From: a virus
Lineage: Duplodnaviria; Caudoviricetes
IMG/VR virus record: IMGVR_UViG_3300020045_004268
Span: 1-55,768 of that record
Reading direction: 5' to 3' (one strand)
Length of the DNA stretch: 55,768 bases
The first letter of the stretch is position 1. Every line of letters begins with the position of its first letter. Below the pieces are notes generated by a model, which saw only the letters and a list, made by a program, of their open reading frames with translations, did no database searches and had not been told where the DNA came from. The position numbers and the translations under genes were made by a program. Below, piece by piece: positions 46,972 through 55,768 of the stretch.

Positions 46972-48571
46972 CCGCCGTTACTACCATATCCCAAACGTCG
47001 CTGCTTCCTGCTTCGGTACGCTTAATGTAGTTTATCCCGCCTGTAGCAATCAAAGGGCAGTGCACGGTATGAAATATAGTGACATTTGGGTACGTGCTAT
47101 TAAGTGTTGCTGAACTTAAGGCGGTGGTAGTAGTGTTAAGCGTATGCATATAGCTTGTTAACTGCCCCAACGTAGCTAATTCAGTAGATAAGGTAGCAGG
47201 AGAAGCCACAACGGTACTGGAAAAATCCCCCGCCACAAAATAACCTATTGACGGCCTAAGCGAAGATGTGCCGAAAGTATAAGTGTTATTTAAAACAGGC
47301 GCTAACACACCACCACTGGCTATACTCCACCTCGATACGCTGTTTGTAGCAAATCCCAGTGAGCTACTTGCTTGTGTGCCTATCATCATAGCCCCTGTAG
47401 GACGGTAAACGTTTTGCGTATAAACGTTCTCGTACGGTATTGAAGACGTCCCTACGGTACTACCTGATGTAGCGGCGGTGGCTACTACCGGCGTCGTTAT
47501 GCTTGTAGTAAATGTAGGAGACGTGCCAAAAACCGCCGCCCCTGTTCCCGTTTCGTCTGTAAGTGCCGCAGATAAATTAGCGCTTGTAGGCGTTGTTAGG
47601 AATGTTGCAACGTTAGTGCCTGGTGTTGTAGAAGAAAGCGTTGTAAGTGCGTTTATTTTAACCTTATCCGAAGCAATCAGCGCACCCGCGTTTGATGTCG
47701 TTGCTCCTGATATTACCGCCCCTGTGCCTGTACTGCTATTAATTGTGTAATCGGTAGCGGACGGTGTAGAAGATAGGTTGGTTGCGCCGCCTGTAATGTC
47801 AGATAGTAGAGCTATGGTGCCATCAGAAGCGGGAAGCTGCCACGTGTATAAGATAGTGTCGGAGCCAGGAGAAGTAAGGGTGTGCCGCCCTATTTCTGCC
47901 CCGCTATTTGTAAACTGCATACTTACGTTCGTTCTTAAAGCGCCAACTTCATCTGCGATAAGCCGGGTATCTGTTCCGTCGTTTGTAAAGTACCCGCCCG
48001 TAGTAATGCTGTTCGTAGTCGTAGCCCCGTTATCCGTAGCCCCCTGCAAATCTATACCCGTAGTAGCCGCTTCCAACTGGTCAAGCCTTACAGCGTGTTC
48101 CGGCTCGGTAGCTGGTGGTATGGTTAAAGGCAAATCGCTTTGTATCATAGTACCGTTACCACTAATGCCAGCATCAACCGCCGATATACTCCAAAAACCA
48201 TCTGTTAACGAAACATTGCTATAAGTTTCCGCTGCACCATGCGTTATTGATATGGGTGTTGATACCGTTGCTGTGCTGCCCGCCGTCATTGCAGATTGTA
48301 GCGTTGCGCCCCCTGCTCCAGGGTAATAAGTTTCCCAAGCACTACCGTTATAAGCCTGTAGCTTACCTAATGAGGGGTTATACCTTAAACACCCGCTTTC
48401 AGGTGTCCACGCATCGGAAGTGGCATTAGGAAGCTTAAAGCGCTTAATTACGTTAACCCCTCCTAAAAATTGTCTTATCTCGCTGGCAGTTCCTGCCGTA
48501 ATTGGCGTAGGCGGTGTAGTCTGCGCAAAAACAGATGCGCCAAAAAATAACAATAAAATTAATTTTCTCAT
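46961..48571 (-). CDS. Fibre-like protein with N-terminal Sec signal peptide
   Basis: MRKLILLLFFGASVFA-Q; LRYN...Q.YNGSAW, TLQSAMTAG/DLQGATDNG, LPASDGTIALLSDI, TDETGTGAAVFGTSPT. Confidence 0.75.
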   Translation of the reverse strand: MRKLILLLFFGASVFAQTTPPTPITAGTASEIRQFLGGVNVIKRFKLPNATSDAWTPESGCLRYNPSLGKLQAYNGSAWETYYPGAGGATLQSAMTAGSTATVSTPISITHGAAETYSNVSLTDGFWSISAVDAGISGNGTMIQSDLPLTIPPATEPEHAVRLDQLEAATTGIDLQGATDNGATTTNSITTGGYFTNDGTDTRLIADEVGALRTNVSMQFTNSGAEIGRHTLTSPGSDTILYTWQLPASDGTIALLSDITGGATNLSSTPSATDYTINSSTGTGAVISGATTSNAGALIASDKVKINALTTLSSTTPGTNVATFLTTPTSANLSAALTDETGTGAAVFGTSPTFTTSITTPVVATAATSGSTVGTSSIPYENVYTQNVYRPTGAMMIGTQASSSLGFATNSVSRWSIASGGVLAPVLNNTYTFGTSSLRPSIGYFVAGDFSSTVVASPATLSTELATLGQLTSYMHTLNTTTTALSSATLNSTYPNVTIFHTVHCPLIATGGINYIKRTEAGSSDVWDMVVTAVAP

Positions 48572-48978
48572 ATTGTATAATAAATTATGTATTTGTTTCC
48601 ATCAATAAAAAAATCCGTAATAGTAAGTTCGCCTGTTACAGGATTGAATGAATACCCATCTATCGTTTCTAAGTCCGTATAAGCCGTACCATTCCCAAGC
48701 ACCATGAATAATAATGTTGCCCCAATTAAAGCGGGTATTGTTGCTGTACTGCTATCCGAATCGGCTGTATAGAACGTCATTTTTTCAGTAGATGCATCCC
48801 CTACAGGCTCAACCAATCCTACATAAACCCAATCTGTACTACTATCTGATGGTGTAGAGTTTCGCCCAGTAGCATTTGCCCAGTAAGAACCTGAATAAAC
48901 AACTACCTGCTTAACCCTATACCTGCGTTTGGCTTCCCACGCCCGTCCCGCTATTGTCAACTGTAACAATGGTTGCAT
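48568..48978 (-). CDS. Small protein with CBM5/12-like N-terminal module
   Basis: AW.....Y....VV.YSG.YW....P......W. Confidence 0.6.
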   Translation of the reverse strand: MQPLLQLTIAGRAWEAKRRYRVKQVVVYSGSYWANATGRNSTPSDSSTDWVYVGLVEPVGDASTEKMTFYTADSDSSTATIPALIGATLLFMVLGNGTAYTDLETIDGYSFNPVTGELTITDFFIDGNKYIIYYTI

Positions 48979-50575
48979 CTTTTACATTTTTTTGATTAAT
49001 AATAGTTTGCTCTTCTTGACTTTCCTCATAGTTTTCCTGCCAGTTACCGTAGTTAAGCATTTCAGCGGCCTGTTCTAAGCTTATTAGCGGCGGCGTTCCG
49101 GTAAGTTTGTCTCCTAACGCCTCCCTTACAGCCTTAACCTCTTTAAGCGGGTCTATGTGCGGCATTTTACGGCCTACAAATCGGCAGTTACTATATGCCT
49201 CAACCACCATAAAGTCGTTGGTGTTTATCGCTTTAATATACCCCGGCGCTTCTATTTTGTTGCGTAGTATCTCGGTATACAGGAAAATACGGTAAATAGG
49301 CTTATAAAACTGGGTGGCTATATCGTCAATATCAATATCAATGATATATCCAAACCCATTTATTGCAGCCCGTGATGCCGAATAGTTTGAGTTATAAGAT
49401 TGTAATGCTACCTCATACGGTATGCCCATTGATGCGCATGCGTTTTTAAAATTGGCTTCAAAAAACTGCTCATAGTTTGTTTCTATATTCGTATTGAAGT
49501 CGTGAAGTTTTGCACCTGGAGGTAAGTTCAAAGCGATGCCGCTCGTTGTTTGCGCTACACGGTTGGCTATTCCATCAGCTAAGGCAAAACCATCTTTTTC
49601 CGTTCCATCGTCTAACTTTTTGGTAAACTTTTTTGCCACCATATCTGCTAACGGGTTTTCACCTGTTCCATACTGGGCATCGTGTTCTATGGAGTAAACT
49701 AAATTAGCGGCCTGTTCCGCTTTGCTTACCGCCGCTTCCGTGTACCTGTCTAACTTATTTACCTTTTCAAGAATTTGGGATATTTCGGGGACACCTCTTT
49801 TATGGTCTTGACTTAGTTTTTCGCCGTACACTAACCACGCCATACGCAACCCTGTTTTTTCACCATAGGCCGGTATTCTTTCATACTTGCCTAACAAATT
49901 GCTTTTATCGTTAGCATCTAAAACTTTTACGTGATATGCAACGTGTTCACCACGGTCGTTATATTCTACCCCGCACTCAATATAGTTTCCGTTGTCAAGT
50001 ATTGACGTAAGGTTGTTTATAGGAGTTCTAACAAACTCTCCTGATATTAACTGTATCGTTGGGTATCCGTTTTCTATACGCACTACAACAAGCGTATCAC
50101 CGCCTAAATATGTACCTTGTTTACAGTCCCATGCTAAACCCGTTAATCCTTGTTGTTTTGAAAAATCACAATGAACGCTACCGAAAAACGTTTTAAACCT
50201 GGCCTCTGTTATTTTGTAGAAATCATCAGGTAATATTATACCCTCCATTTCTAAAATTGTTTTGTTTGGCTCTGCCTCAAACTTTAAACCCGTGCCTATT
50301 ATCCATTGCAATTTACGGTCAACGATAATCTTTACAATATCCGTTTTAGTGTAGGCGTCTAAAGCCCGTAGCCTTAAACGATAAAAGTCGGGAACGTTTT
50401 TCACAACTGCCCCCAACTCACCGCCTGTTTTTTCACCGTCCCAAACTTTGCTAACTATAGGCTGATAACCGCCCCCATAAAAAACCCCGCCATTACCTGT
50501 AATAACTTCGCTTTTGGGTTCCTCAATTTTTGTTTCTGAATCAGCACCCTTTTTAAAAAAGTCAAATACTCCCAT
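48917..50575 (-). CDS. Portal protein (lambda gpB family)
   Basis: IGTGL, GVE....G..VAYH, RGVP, NYSASRA, HIDPLKEVKA. Confidence 0.92.
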   Translation of the reverse strand: MGVFDFFKKGADSETKIEEPKSEVITGNGGVFYGGGYQPIVSKVWDGEKTGGELGAVVKNVPDFYRLRLRALDAYTKTDIVKIIVDRKLQWIIGTGLKFEAEPNKTILEMEGIILPDDFYKITEARFKTFFGSVHCDFSKQQGLTGLAWDCKQGTYLGGDTLVVVRIENGYPTIQLISGEFVRTPINNLTSILDNGNYIECGVEYNDRGEHVAYHVKVLDANDKSNLLGKYERIPAYGEKTGLRMAWLVYGEKLSQDHKRGVPEISQILEKVNKLDRYTEAAVSKAEQAANLVYSIEHDAQYGTGENPLADMVAKKFTKKLDDGTEKDGFALADGIANRVAQTTSGIALNLPPGAKLHDFNTNIETNYEQFFEANFKNACASMGIPYEVALQSYNSNYSASRAAINGFGYIIDIDIDDIATQFYKPIYRIFLYTEILRNKIEAPGYIKAINTNDFMVVEAYSNCRFVGRKMPHIDPLKEVKAVREALGDKLTGTPPLISLEQAAEMLNYGNWQENYEESQEEQTIINQKNVKDATIVTVDNSGTGVGSQTQV

Positions 50576-50584
50576 ATATTTTAT

Positions 50585-50899
50585 TTAGCACCCACGAAAG
50601 GGTATTATATTGCCGCTTCTCAAAACAACGCTGCGCCCATCTCGGTCGGCTAAGTACATATTTTTAATTTTAGTTAATTGTAATATACCTTTGGCCACAT
50701 CCTCCACGCTCCTGTATTTTGCTCTAATGGTCATTTGCCCATCATTAAGCTGGTACTCGTCATAAATAGCACCATCAACTGCATCCAAAGTCTTTAATGT
50801 TAAAGCGGCTATTAACTGGTTAATAATATCTATCTTACCCTGTATTGTACTTTTAGATTCAATACACTGACTTACGGTATATATATTGTTGTCTAACAT
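50585..50899 (-). CDS. Head-tail joining protein (gpW-like)
   Basis: Position before portal; EY...DGQ......YRS. Confidence 0.65.
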   Translation of the reverse strand: MLDNNIYTVSQCIESKSTIQGKIDIINQLIAALTLKTLDAVDGAIYDEYQLNDGQMTIRAKYRSVEDVAKGILQLTKIKNMYLADRDGRSVVLRSGNIIPFRGC

Positions 50900-50919
50900 A
50901 TAGTTGTTTTTATTCTCAA

Positions 50920-50927
50920 CAAATTTA
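50920..50927 (-). promoter_or_regulatory. Bacteroidota -7 promoter element
   Basis: TAAATTTG upstream of gpW-like gene. Confidence 0.5.
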
Positions 50928-50930
50928 AAC

Positions 50931-50974
50931 AAAAAAAATTACCCTAAGCTACTATTATTCGCTTAGGGTAATTT
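50931..50974 (-). terminator. Strong terminator
   Basis: AAATTACCCTAAGC-N11-GCTTAGGGTAATTT plus T run. Confidence 0.75.
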
Positions 50975-51149
50975 GCAAGCTTTCGACGCTTTTTCTTTTC
51001 AGCATACTTACTTTTATTCAATATGCTGTTTTGTGCGGCGGGTATCCCTACCAAATGATGTTATCCATTTCTCAAAAGAGAACAAAACCAATTTTTGTAT
51101 TTATAAAACTAACATCAACTACCGCATCGGGTTTTACTGGCTACTTCAT

Positions 51150-51923
51150 TTAATTCAGTATTACAGGTGTTTTACCATCAGTGATTATAATTCTGTTTTT
51201 TGAATTCTTAATAGCATCAATCCATTTTTCTTGCAACACCTCTTTAGTAAGTCCGTTTGATTGTATGCGGTTTGTTTCAGCATCAATGCGGGCTTTTTCC
51301 TGAAGCATCTTAGACGTTTCTAATTGGTTTTTAACCTGATTAGCCTGCTGTATGGCGTTGTTACGTGCTTCAATAGCCTTACTCATGCTTTCAGGGGGCG
51401 TTAGTCCTGATGTAAGCGTATTCAGGGTAAAGCCTTTTTTAGAAAACTTAACCGTTAGTGTATCTTCTACCGACTTCTCAAATGCGCCTAAGTTATTCAT
51501 TAGGCTATCGGTGGTGTAGTTACGTGCCTGTTCCCTGAAACAGTCTGTAACAAGCTTATTAAGGGTGTTGTTCTCAATATTATCCAAGAACTCGCCGCCC
51601 GTGCCTAAGTGCTTATAGTTAAGAACAATTTTAGGAGCTTGCCCACGTGTAGCACTGTACGTATAACTCGGGTCAACCGAAAACTTACCAGCATCACCTG
51701 CGGTAACTTTTACGGCATCGCAATCCGCTTTTTGTTCATACATTGGTACCTGATAAAGCTCAGACCCTGGCCCCAAAATGCCCTGTGCGCCGGTAACTGT
51801 TTTAAAACTTTCAATACCGTTACGCCCGTAGTCGGTCATTAGCACCCCCTCATAGTTTGGCTCAGGGCGGTTACAAGATGCAAGAGATACAATAGCTAAT
51901 GCTAAAATGATTAATTTTTTCAT
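51150..51923 (-). CDS. SPFH/band-7 domain lipoprotein
   Basis: Lipobox LASC; PNYEGVL, coiled coil, IITDGKTP. Confidence 0.85.
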   Translation of the reverse strand: MKKLIILALAIVSLASCNRPEPNYEGVLMTDYGRNGIESFKTVTGAQGILGPGSELYQVPMYEQKADCDAVKVTAGDAGKFSVDPSYTYSATRGQAPKIVLNYKHLGTGGEFLDNIENNTLNKLVTDCFREQARNYTTDSLMNNLGAFEKSVEDTLTVKFSKKGFTLNTLTSGLTPPESMSKAIEARNNAIQQANQVKNQLETSKMLQEKARIDAETNRIQSNGLTKEVLQEKWIDAIKNSKNRIIITDGKTPVILN

Positions 51924-51925
51924 GT

Positions 51926-52108
51926 TTACTTTTTGTTTTTAATGTTAAAAAATGTTTGATAAGGGAAAAATATAAGCGAAATAATGCTTGCGGTTAATGA
52001 AACCCACCATGCTTGAGGGTAGTCACTCCTAAACACAAATAAATTGAACGCAAATAAAGCCGAAACTATTATTATAAAAATAATAACTCTTAATAAAATG
52101 TTTCTCAT
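51926..52108 (-). CDS. Small 2-TM protein preceding SPFH gene
   Basis: Two hydrophobic segments. Confidence 0.65.
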   Translation of the reverse strand: MRNILLRVIIFIIIVSALFAFNLFVFRSDYPQAWWVSLTASIISLIFFPYQTFFNIKNKK

Positions 52109-52113
52109 AAGTT

Positions 52114-54156
52114 TTAATCTTTAGGTATTAAGTCACAAAATAACTCCCATGTTAAGTTTCTGTTTTGGCTATGGGAACGCCTCAATATATCAATGTAAAT
52201 TTCACGTGCTGCCAATGTGTAAACAGCGGTATCAAAGTAATGGTTTTCTACGTGGCTGTTTTTCTTTTTCCACATGAATCCGGTCGCCACACCTGCAGTA
52301 CTTATTTGCTCTATCCTATGCTCACCCTCATAATGAATAAAGTAATTATTGTAGTTAAACAAACCGCCTTCAGGTTGAGGGAAATTCATAAAACCGCTGG
52401 GTTGAAATCCATCCATGCCGCTTTGCAATTTCATGTTTTGCGCCAAAATATCCTTAAGCTGGTTTACCTGCAATATGTACAACTTACCTAACAACTCCGC
52501 AGACCTTTTAATTATTGGCGTATCCCTGTTTAGCTTCCTGTATTCTTCCTCAGCATAACCACGAATACCTACAACAATATCACTTGTAAAGTTATCAATG
52601 TAGTTATATGCTAATTTGGTGAAAAACGCGGTGTCAATTACCGTAATATCTACATTGTAAACGTCGCCGCTTTGCCCTATATAATCTTTTTTAATAATGT
52701 CCGTTAAATAAGGCCATACGCTGTTTTTCATGCCGTGGGTATACGTATACTTATCTCTGTCGGAGTTCTTTGCCTTATCGGCTTTATTTTGCTTGTGTGA
52801 GCGTTTAAATGTACCAATACTGCCGTGGTTTATGCGATATGTAACCCCCGATGTAGTATGTGCCACCAATTCCCAGTCTAAACGTACATCCTCATTGTCT
52901 TTTTCCATTACACCACCTAAGTCACAGGCCAACGTAAGCAATACAATACGCCCGTTTTCATCATGCTTGCAAAGAACATCCGGAATATCACCAACATTGT
53001 AGCTGCTACGAATGTTCATCATTAACTCATTTGAGCGTGGGGTAGTCCCTAAGTCCTCCCACGTTTCCCCCAATTCAGTATTTTTAAACGACTTCAGCAA
53101 ATCCATGTTTACTGGCTGGTTAGGCTGGTTAGCATCTAACCATTTTTCAACCAGCTTTACCCACGTAATAGAACCAGGCGGCAAAACAAGGGAGTTTAAT
53201 TTATAGCTCCTGAAGTTTTCGTTTTTTGGCTTTGCAGTCGGAACCCATTTGCCTTTAAGATTTAAATTGTACTTGTCTTTGAAGTCAATTTTACCCCGGC
53301 AGTTTTGGCACTCATAATGCACACTTGACCTTATCAATTCTTTGTCGTCGTCAAGTTCATATTTGATGCCGCCAAAAGTTTCATCGTCACGTTTAACGCT
53401 CCACAAAATAGGTATGTACGTTTCACAGTGTGGACATTCCCAATTCCAATGCCGCTGGTCGCCATCTAAATAAACGTCCTCAATGTTTGATTGCCCTTTA
53501 ACCGTTGGCGTAGAAATAAACACCAGCTTTTTGATTCCCTCAAATGTTTTTGTCCTACCCTCCAAAAGTGAACGTGTCGAACCCTCTTTTTTATCGCTTC
53601 GTGGGGCTGCATCAAACTCATCGGCTATAATATGGCTTGCTGAGTGAAAACGTAGGTTAGATGCAGCGTATGTACCACATACGATACTACCACCGGCAAA
53701 CTCTTTGTTGAAATCCGTATCCCCTGATTTATTGTTACGATTCTTTTTTATGTTTGGCCTTAGCAAATGAGATAACCCTGAGTTGTGAATAACAGGGTCG
53801 AGCCTTTTTGTTATGGTGGCCTGTACAAGTTCACGTGTACCTGATAAGAACATTACCGCTGCGGGGTTAACGGATATAATCCAAGCCATGATGTTTATTA
53901 CAACGCCCTGTGTATACCCCGATTGCGAGCATTTCATAATTGCAGACATTTCGACGGGGGAGGTTGGGCTTAAGTTGTCTATAATCTCCCGTGTGTAAGG
54001 CGTAAAGTTGTACTCAAAAAATCCAGTCTTACGGCTTTCCCCCATCAGGTAAACATTTTTCTCTGCCCACTCGCTCGGTTCTAACCTTGTAGAACGATAG
54101 CTAAATATTTTTTCATGTATCGGGGCATAGGCTTTTTTGAATAGTTCATTTAGCAT
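52114..54156 (-). CDS. Terminase large subunit (lambda gpA family)
   Basis: PSEWAE, TPY.REI, KCSQSGYT, DEFD, ISTPT, CPHC/CQNC, N.ELGETW, NHYFD; likely start MLNEL at 54156. Confidence 0.92.
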   Translation of the reverse strand: MLNELFKKAYAPIHEKIFSYRSTRLEPSEWAEKNVYLMGESRKTGFFEYNFTPYTREIIDNLSPTSPVEMSAIMKCSQSGYTQGVVINIMAWIISVNPAAVMFLSGTRELVQATITKRLDPVIHNSGLSHLLRPNIKKNRNNKSGDTDFNKEFAGGSIVCGTYAASNLRFHSASHIIADEFDAAPRSDKKEGSTRSLLEGRTKTFEGIKKLVFISTPTVKGQSNIEDVYLDGDQRHWNWECPHCETYIPILWSVKRDDETFGGIKYELDDDKELIRSSVHYECQNCRGKIDFKDKYNLNLKGKWVPTAKPKNENFRSYKLNSLVLPPGSITWVKLVEKWLDANQPNQPVNMDLLKSFKNTELGETWEDLGTTPRSNELMMNIRSSYNVGDIPDVLCKHDENGRIVLLTLACDLGGVMEKDNEDVRLDWELVAHTTSGVTYRINHGSIGTFKRSHKQNKADKAKNSDRDKYTYTHGMKNSVWPYLTDIIKKDYIGQSGDVYNVDITVIDTAFFTKLAYNYIDNFTSDIVVGIRGYAEEEYRKLNRDTPIIKRSAELLGKLYILQVNQLKDILAQNMKLQSGMDGFQPSGFMNFPQPEGGLFNYNNYFIHYEGEHRIEQISTAGVATGFMWKKKNSHVENHYFDTAVYTLAAREIYIDILRRSHSQNRNLTWELFCDLIPKD

Positions 54157-54330
54157 AATTAAAAATGACTTAATATTCCCCAACCAACCAACGATATAAT
54201 CTTTAAAGTTTCTCGAATTGATTTCTCATTTATATTATCTTTAGGTAAGCAGTTTTTTACGTACATAACATCACTGAAACTAAAGATGGCAGTTCTTGAA
54301 ATACTTAATATATCTTCATCTGACATTGCC

Positions 54331-54603
54331 TTAAAAATTATGTTGTTCCTTTTTCAACTTACAAGCCGGTTTTTCTTTGCCTCGCTTCATAATACCTTTT
54401 TCAAGATAACAACCGCAATCACTCGAAGCATCTGTAACCGCTTCTTTTTCCTCCGGCACATAACCCACAGTAAAAGGCTTAATAACCGCCTCTACCGCCT
54501 CGATACACTTTTGTAGCGCATCCTTAGGAACTCGCCTCGCTGGCATCGTTACCGTTTCACCTATGTACTTTGGCTTTCGCCCCGCATTTCTTTCGTTTGC
54601 CAT
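54331..54603 (-). CDS. Small DNA-binding protein (RHH-like)
   Basis: RNAGRKPKY...T...RVP. Confidence 0.6.
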   Translation of the reverse strand: MANERNAGRKPKYIGETVTMPARRVPKDALQKCIEAVEAVIKPFTVGYVPEEKEAVTDASSDCGCYLEKGIMKRGKEKPACKLKKEQHNF

Positions 54604-54653
54604 TTTTATTTTAGTTTTTGTTTTTTCTGTTTAAAGGCTTTCGCCTGATTGGG

Positions 54654-54962
54654 TTAATACTTTAAGGCTAATACATCACTCAATAAATTTTCATCAAGCG
54701 TGTTATCGAAGCCATTGATAGGATAACACAAGTAACCAAGAATGCTAAAAGGCGAAGTTCTTAACCTTATTACATCGACAAATTTTCTTTGAAATACAGC
54801 ATCATTTTTATTCTCTAAGAAAATACCTATAGGTATAGCTATTTCTAATTTTTCACTCGTGGTTATTCCTTTTAGGTCGTGCCAATATTGGCTAACTTGC
54901 GTTTCAGAAATTATATGAGCATTTTTATTATCTCTGAATGTTATAATTATTTTGTCTAACAT
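54654..54962 (-). CDS. Hypothetical protein
   Basis: 102 aa ORF. Confidence 0.6.
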   Translation of the reverse strand: MLDKIIITFRDNKNAHIISETQVSQYWHDLKGITTSEKLEIAIPIGIFLENKNDAVFQRKFVDVIRLRTSPFSILGYLCYPINGFDNTLDENLLSDVLALKY

Positions 54963-55165
54963 GGTTTTACTTCTAAAGGTTTATATGATTTGGGTAATGT
55001 GTCTTTAATTTCATCCCAGTTAGAAACTTGTAAATGAGCGCCATATCTACCGCACTCAAAGCCTAAAAAAAGAACATCTTTAAAGTACTTATTAACGAAA
55101 GGCTTAAATTGCCCTTTTAAAAAAAGACTTCTCTCCTGTCGGTATATTAATATCGTTGTTGCCAT
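54956..55165 (-). CDS. Hypothetical protein
   Basis: 69 aa ORF. Confidence 0.55.
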   Translation of the reverse strand: MATTILIYRQERSLFLKGQFKPFVNKYFKDVLFLGFECGRYGAHLQVSNWDEIKDTLPKSYKPLEVKPC

Positions 55166-55208
55166 TACTATTTTTTTTAAAGGGCGGCGTTAACCGCCCG
55201 TGGTTAGT

Positions 55209-55478
55209 TTAATCTTCCAAAAAAGTGTTAAGTAGATTTATAAATGAATCGGGATTAATGCCTTGACTGTATGTTAAACCTTGACATGTAGTTTTTCCAT
55301 TTTTTATAAACTCTATTGCCAATTTTATAGCATAATCTTTTTGAGATAAATACATATCTACAGGCTTTTGTATCATGCTTATACACTCTTTTTTACTACA
55401 CGTATGTTTAGATGTCATGAAAGGCAAAACTGATGTAGCTAAAGTTGCACCTGATGTTTGTTTTTTAGTAGTTCCCAT
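55209..55478 (-). CDS. Hypothetical protein
   Basis: 89 aa ORF downstream of TAAGTTTG. Confidence 0.55.
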   Translation of the reverse strand: MGTTKKQTSGATLATSVLPFMTSKHTCSKKECISMIQKPVDMYLSQKDYAIKLAIEFIKNGKTTCQGLTYSQGINPDSFINLLNTFLED

Positions 55479-55533
55479 AATTTCTATTGCTTTATTGTTC
55501 CGTAATTTATTTTATTTAATTAATTTCGTTACG

Positions 55534-55583
55534 CAAACTTACAAAACAAAATTAAATAAACAACACAAAATTAAAAAAGTTTT
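55534..55583 (-). promoter_or_regulatory. Promoter (-7 TAAGTTTG) with shared operator-like 15-mer
   Basis: CAAACTTA at 55534-55541; AATTAAAAAAGTTTT at 55569-55583 identical to 12913-12927. Confidence 0.55.
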
Positions 55584-55768
55584 CTAACGGCTTCTTTCCC
55601 CAACACCACGCACTTCCTGAAATTCATTTATAGCCGTATCAATTTCATGTGCCGCATCATCTTTAGCCCGGCGTAACGCCACATCCAAAAATTGCCTTTG
55701 TTTGGCCGTAATATCCGCTATATCCTGACGTGATGCCCCAAAACGTTCCGCATAAATACTATTCAGGT
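55584..55768 (-). CDS. Probable terminase small subunit C-terminus (partial)
   Basis: Open frame LNSIYAERFG...AINEFQEVRGVGERSR*; helical, upstream of gpA-like terL. Confidence 0.55.
   Translation of the reverse strand, partial: LNSIYAERFGASRQDIADITAKQRQFLDVALRRAKDDAAHEIDTAINEFQEVRGVGERSR

Noticed and set aside
48975-49000. A7 run as a portal-to-CBM frameshift
   Set aside because: The CBM frame has a TAA between the A run and its ATG
51030-51130. Hammerhead ribozyme reading of the three-way junction
   Set aside because: Lacks the CUGANGA/GAAA catalytic core
351-55587. Plus-strand ORFs in the track
   Set aside because: Almost all are antisense shadows of coherent minus-strand genes, with no recognisable motifs
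1-55768. CRISPR array, tRNA, DGR/retron RT, integrase, stop-codon recoding
   Set aside because: No repeat-spacer arrays, cloverleafs, RT or recombinase motifs noticed by eye; genes are intact under the standard code. A tRNAscan/cmscan run could still find something missed

Overview
The window is most of a tailed-phage genome from a Bacteroidota (probably Flavobacteriales) host, judged from TAnnTTTG promoters, A-rich SD-less leaders and gene families. Essentially every real gene is on the minus strand. Reading right to left: a partial terminase small subunit, an inserted cluster of small genes, a lambda gpA-like terminase, an SPFH lipoprotein, gpW/portal, a signal-peptide-bearing fibre-like protein, an expanded lysis cassette (several membrane proteins, M15 endolysin, probable u-spanin), a lambda-like head (S49 protease/scaffold, gpD, gpE), a Mu-like contractile tail in permuted order with a -1 frameshifted chaperone, then early/recombination genes, two DNA methyltransferases (one fused to an SNF2 helicase), an initiator/DnaB module, many small accessory ORFs, Pif1 and SF2 helicases, and a truncated VirE_N primase-helicase. 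No integrase, tRNA, CRISPR or reverse transcriptase was seen. The most striking unexplained signal is a promoter-proximal structured RNA leader present in three divergent copies, each ahead of a replication operon. Each has two hairpins whose loops are perfectly complementary, using a different 6-7 nt sequence per copy, and the second hairpin is terminator-like with a loop-E-type or UAA/GAN internal loop. Family assignments are from motif recognition only; no searches were run.
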